NCBI RefSeq assembly: GCF_036365525.1 | Contig: NC_090373.1 | Location: 72,245,271 to 72,309,270 of the forward strand | Source of the DNA: Heterodontus francisci | Lineage: Eukaryota | Reading direction: 5' to 3' | DNA length: 64,000 nt | Shown: piece after piece, positions 61,017 to 64,000 of the stretch | Numbering within the stretch: the stretch's first letter is position 1 | How the letters are laid out: each line of letters opens with the position of its first letter | Translations under genes and position numbers: made by a program | Notes under the pieces: generated by a model | Databases searched by the model: none | Told to the model about the DNA's origin: nothing | Seen by the model: only the letters and a program-made list of their open reading frames with translations

Positions 61017-62804
61017 TTTTGTAGCAGATTCCTGGAAAAGATGTTGTAGGGAGAAATATTTAACATTTGTTTGAGCCTTGCCCAATGTTTTTATTTTGAT
61101 ATGGAATTAAAAATGGTTTCTTGGCTCTTCAGAACCTTCAGAAGTTTTCAAATCTTAAATAGCCAATCAAATAGATTATTATTTCATTTATTTTTGCCTA
61201 AATATTCTGTTAAAATAACATAACCTAGCTGTGTATAGTTAGAATAATAAAGCTATTATAATTTCTTCCCCCCTTCTCTATCTTGAATAGTAGGAATGTG
61301 TTCACTCCTCAGTGGGGTATAGGCATCTGGTGTTCTCCGGCCAATTGGCTACTTATTCATGTGTGAACCTTGACAATGTATTCCTGACATCCACAGCTGA
61401 GCCCAATTTGTCCTCATTTGACAATAACACAGTATATGGCAATCAAAAGTGGAAACCATGGATGCAGTTTGCTGTGCCATTTGTGGATTCATGACTTCTG
61501 ACTAGTTTATTCCTGTAATGGAGGAGGTTGTTGTCTTCTTTAAAGAAATGAGAATTTTTTTTTAAAGGCTAATAAAAATGGGGTAATTTTAACCCTCAAA
61601 TGGGTGGGTTTGGGTTATTTGGGATGTAAAAGTTTTAAAAATCTCACACTGATTAAGTAAGTATATGCCACCATGAAAGCATAGGAACAGCAGTATCTCG
61701 CACCAGGACTGTTGCACCTTTGGAATGGAAAGGCTCCTCTTTAAGTAGAGTACAGGACTGTCTTAAAATAAAAATTGATGGCAAGGTGTGAAGTATTACA
61801 GCAAGTGCGACCAGCACCCAGTTGAGTCACTGGTGACAACAGATTTTACATTGCATTGTTTGAGATGAGGGGCAGGATTTTGCTGCCAGAGCCAGGAACC
61901 CAATGTCGAAACCATTTCCAGGTCCCGACCCTGCACTGGCTCAAAGGGGGATGTAATCACAGCTCAGGATTTTCCCTGATGCTAATAGGTTGGATGGAGG
62001 ATTTGGCGGAGATGGGTGCGGGATAGAGGCGGGACTTGTGAAGTGTGGGCCCAATTTAAAGGCATGATGACAGCCATCTTGATTTCCCATGGAAATCTGA
62101 GCTCAGCAGGTGGAGAGGCAAAGGCCTGGCACCCAGGGCAGGCCTGCCCCATGGTTAATAGATGCAGCCCACGAGGTTCTGCTGGAGGCAATGAGAGAGA
62201 GGTGAGAGATCTTGTTTCTGGAGGGTGGTGGGAGAAGGCCACCCAGCCAAGCAAAGCAGGCCAGTCTGGAGGTGGCAGAAATTATCAGCAGCCGAAGTGT
62301 CATCCAGAGGAACTGGGGTGCAGAGCCGCAAGAGGTTTAATGACCTTCTTCACTCTGGCAAGTTGATTGCAATGCTGGGTGCTGTAAGACAAGCAATGTA
62401 AACAAAGAATTACGTCTAATCCTACTTAACTATGGATTCGACCCAATAAGGAAATAAATGCCAACACTTGTGAGTTGTGAGTCCATTGAAGTACCTTAAG
62501 TTTCACTTCATATGGCTTTCAAAAATTAAACATGCACTGCAAGATTAAAGATTACATGTAGGTTACATAGAATTCCAGTAAATTAGAACTGAAATCCCAG
62601 GGAATAATACCATAAAATCAATGTTACAAATGATACCCAAAGACTCTCACCTAGGCTCTGTCTTTAATCTCACCAAATTCCCACTGATCAAAGATCAGTT
62701 GTTCAGGAGGGATCTTCTTTCAGGATGGCCAGGCTATCTCAACTGCAGTGCCAGATAAAGGGAAGGGACCCCTTTATATTCAAGATTGACCAAGATATAA
62801 TAGT

Positions 62805-62883
62805 TAGGTGCTTGATGGCAGGCACAGACACGATGGGCCAAAGGGTCTGTTTCTGTGTTGTATAACTCTCTCTCTCTCTATGA
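62805..62883 (+). mobile_element. Short CR1/SINE-type 3' tail remnant with (CT)n end
   Basis: GATGGCAGGCACAGACACGATGGGCCAAAGGGTCTGTTTCTGTGTTGTATAACTCTC resembles the SINE 3' end read on its own strand (AATGGTCGGCACAGACTCGGTGGGCCGAAGGGCCTGTTTCAGTGCTGTATCTC). It is followed by a CT repeat. Confidence 0.75.
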
Positions 62884-63589
62884 CCCTCACTCTCCCCTCG
62901 TGCACAATGTCACTGGGGTCATTAATAGGATCTTTCCCTGCGTGATCAATCACTGTGCATGATCAACATCTTTTCTTATCCCCCCATCCCACTGCTTGTA
63001 CGACCCCACACACACATTCCATTTGCTTCTACATTCCAAGCTCACCCATACCTAATTTGTTGTAATTACAGACTCCATTTTATTATCCATATCCTACCTT
63101 CCCATAATTACAAGCTTTTGGTCATTTACTGTCCATATCTTGTCTTAGGAATGCATCACACAGGACATTCCATATTGATTTCTGTTAAGTGTTTACTTAC
63201 ACAAGTGAATTGACCATGTTTTCCTTACCATATTTTCACTCCCTTAACCCTTTGTGTTCCTACAAAATCAAGCTAGCAAATTCAATAGTGGCCAATTTAA
63301 CTTAATCCCATCATGTCTTACGTACATTCTCACAGCATAGCAGGCATAACTGTAGTCATTATATACAGCCAAATATTGGTCAGTTACATCATCATTGCAG
63401 TCCATGTTTATAGTGCTGATGCAAGGCCTTGGGAGTCACAAGCAAGGTGACTCTGCCTGACCAGCAGCGTGAGACGTATACCAAATGTTAGAGTTCCCTG
63501 AGGCACAGCGGGGTCATGGGCTGAGAATGGAGAGTCCTTTCAGCTCATGTGCATCACCATGGCTCAGGGCTTTGAATGCATGAGTTCCT

Positions 63590-64000
63590 GCATTGTTCGG
63601 TAGATGCCAGTGTTGTATCAGTACTGAAACAGTTTGGCTAGGGGCACAGCTAGTTCTGGAGCACAAGTCTTCATTACTACAGCCGGGATGTTGTCAGGAC
63701 CCATAGCCTTTACAGTGTCCAGTGCCTTCAGACATTTCTTGATATCAGGTGGAGTGTTCCGAACTGGCTGAAGACTGGCATCAGTGATGCTGGGGATCTT
63801 AGCAGGAAGCTGAAATGGATCATCTACTTGGCACTTCTGTCTAAAGATGGTTGCAAACGTTTCATCCTTTTCTTTTGCACTGACATGCTGGGCTTCCCCA
63901 TCATTAAGGATGGGGATGTTTGTAGAGCCTCTTCCTCCTGTCAGTTGTTTAATTCTTCACCACTCTTCATGACTGGATGTGGCAGGACTGCGGAGCTTTG
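63590..64000 (-). mobile_element. Decayed non-LTR retrotransposon (CR1/L2/Jockey group) ORF2 fragment just N-terminal to the RT core; continues beyond the window
   Basis: Manual minus-strand translation: ...EW*RIKQLTGGRGSTNIPILNDGEAQHVSAKEKDETFATIF...DIKKCLKALDTVKAMGPDNIPAVVMKTCAPELAVPLAKLFQY*YNTGIY. It contains the KA.GPD.IP...LK...L..PL..LF....G motif of LINE ORF2 and two in-frame stops. It is not in the supplied ORF track. Confidence 0.88.

Noticed and set aside
61580-62370. GC-richer stretch with short ORFs (61982-62366) and GGGTAATTTTAACCC / GGGGCAGGATTTT starts; possible MITE remnants or exon
   Set aside because: No recognisable protein motif, and I found no paired terminal inverted repeat or convincing splice pair.
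63272-63320. Weak similarity to the SINE body (GTGGCCAATTTAAC...GTCTT)
   Set aside because: Too short and diverged to support.

Overview
Eukaryotic (vertebrate) genomic DNA, probably from a cartilaginous fish; this is inferred from an HE1-like V-SINE and CR1-type LINE remnants. About 93% of the window (1-59442, open at the left edge) is one tandem array of a 15-bp unit, consensus GGTGTGAWTCTCAGT, roughly 3,900 units by length. It is organised into nested higher-order duplications of about 1-5 kb. The array is interrupted only by two near-identical copies of one 362-bp tRNA-derived SINE (8734-9095 and 22620-22981), which come from a single insertion that was later duplicated. The long ORFs in the track (SGVIL/SGVNL, TENHT/TEIHT and LRITP repeats) arise because the unit is a multiple of 3 and is stop-free in 4 of 6 frames. 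They are cut by recurrent frameshifts and I do not call any of them genes. The last 4.5 kb is non-array sequence with a truncated third SINE copy and several decayed LINE fragments. I found no supported host gene, RNA gene, CRISPR array or clearly novel system. The most notable signals are the internal dyad symmetry of the unit, the 3-nt-phased variation, and the readable duplication history. All comparisons were made by eye.
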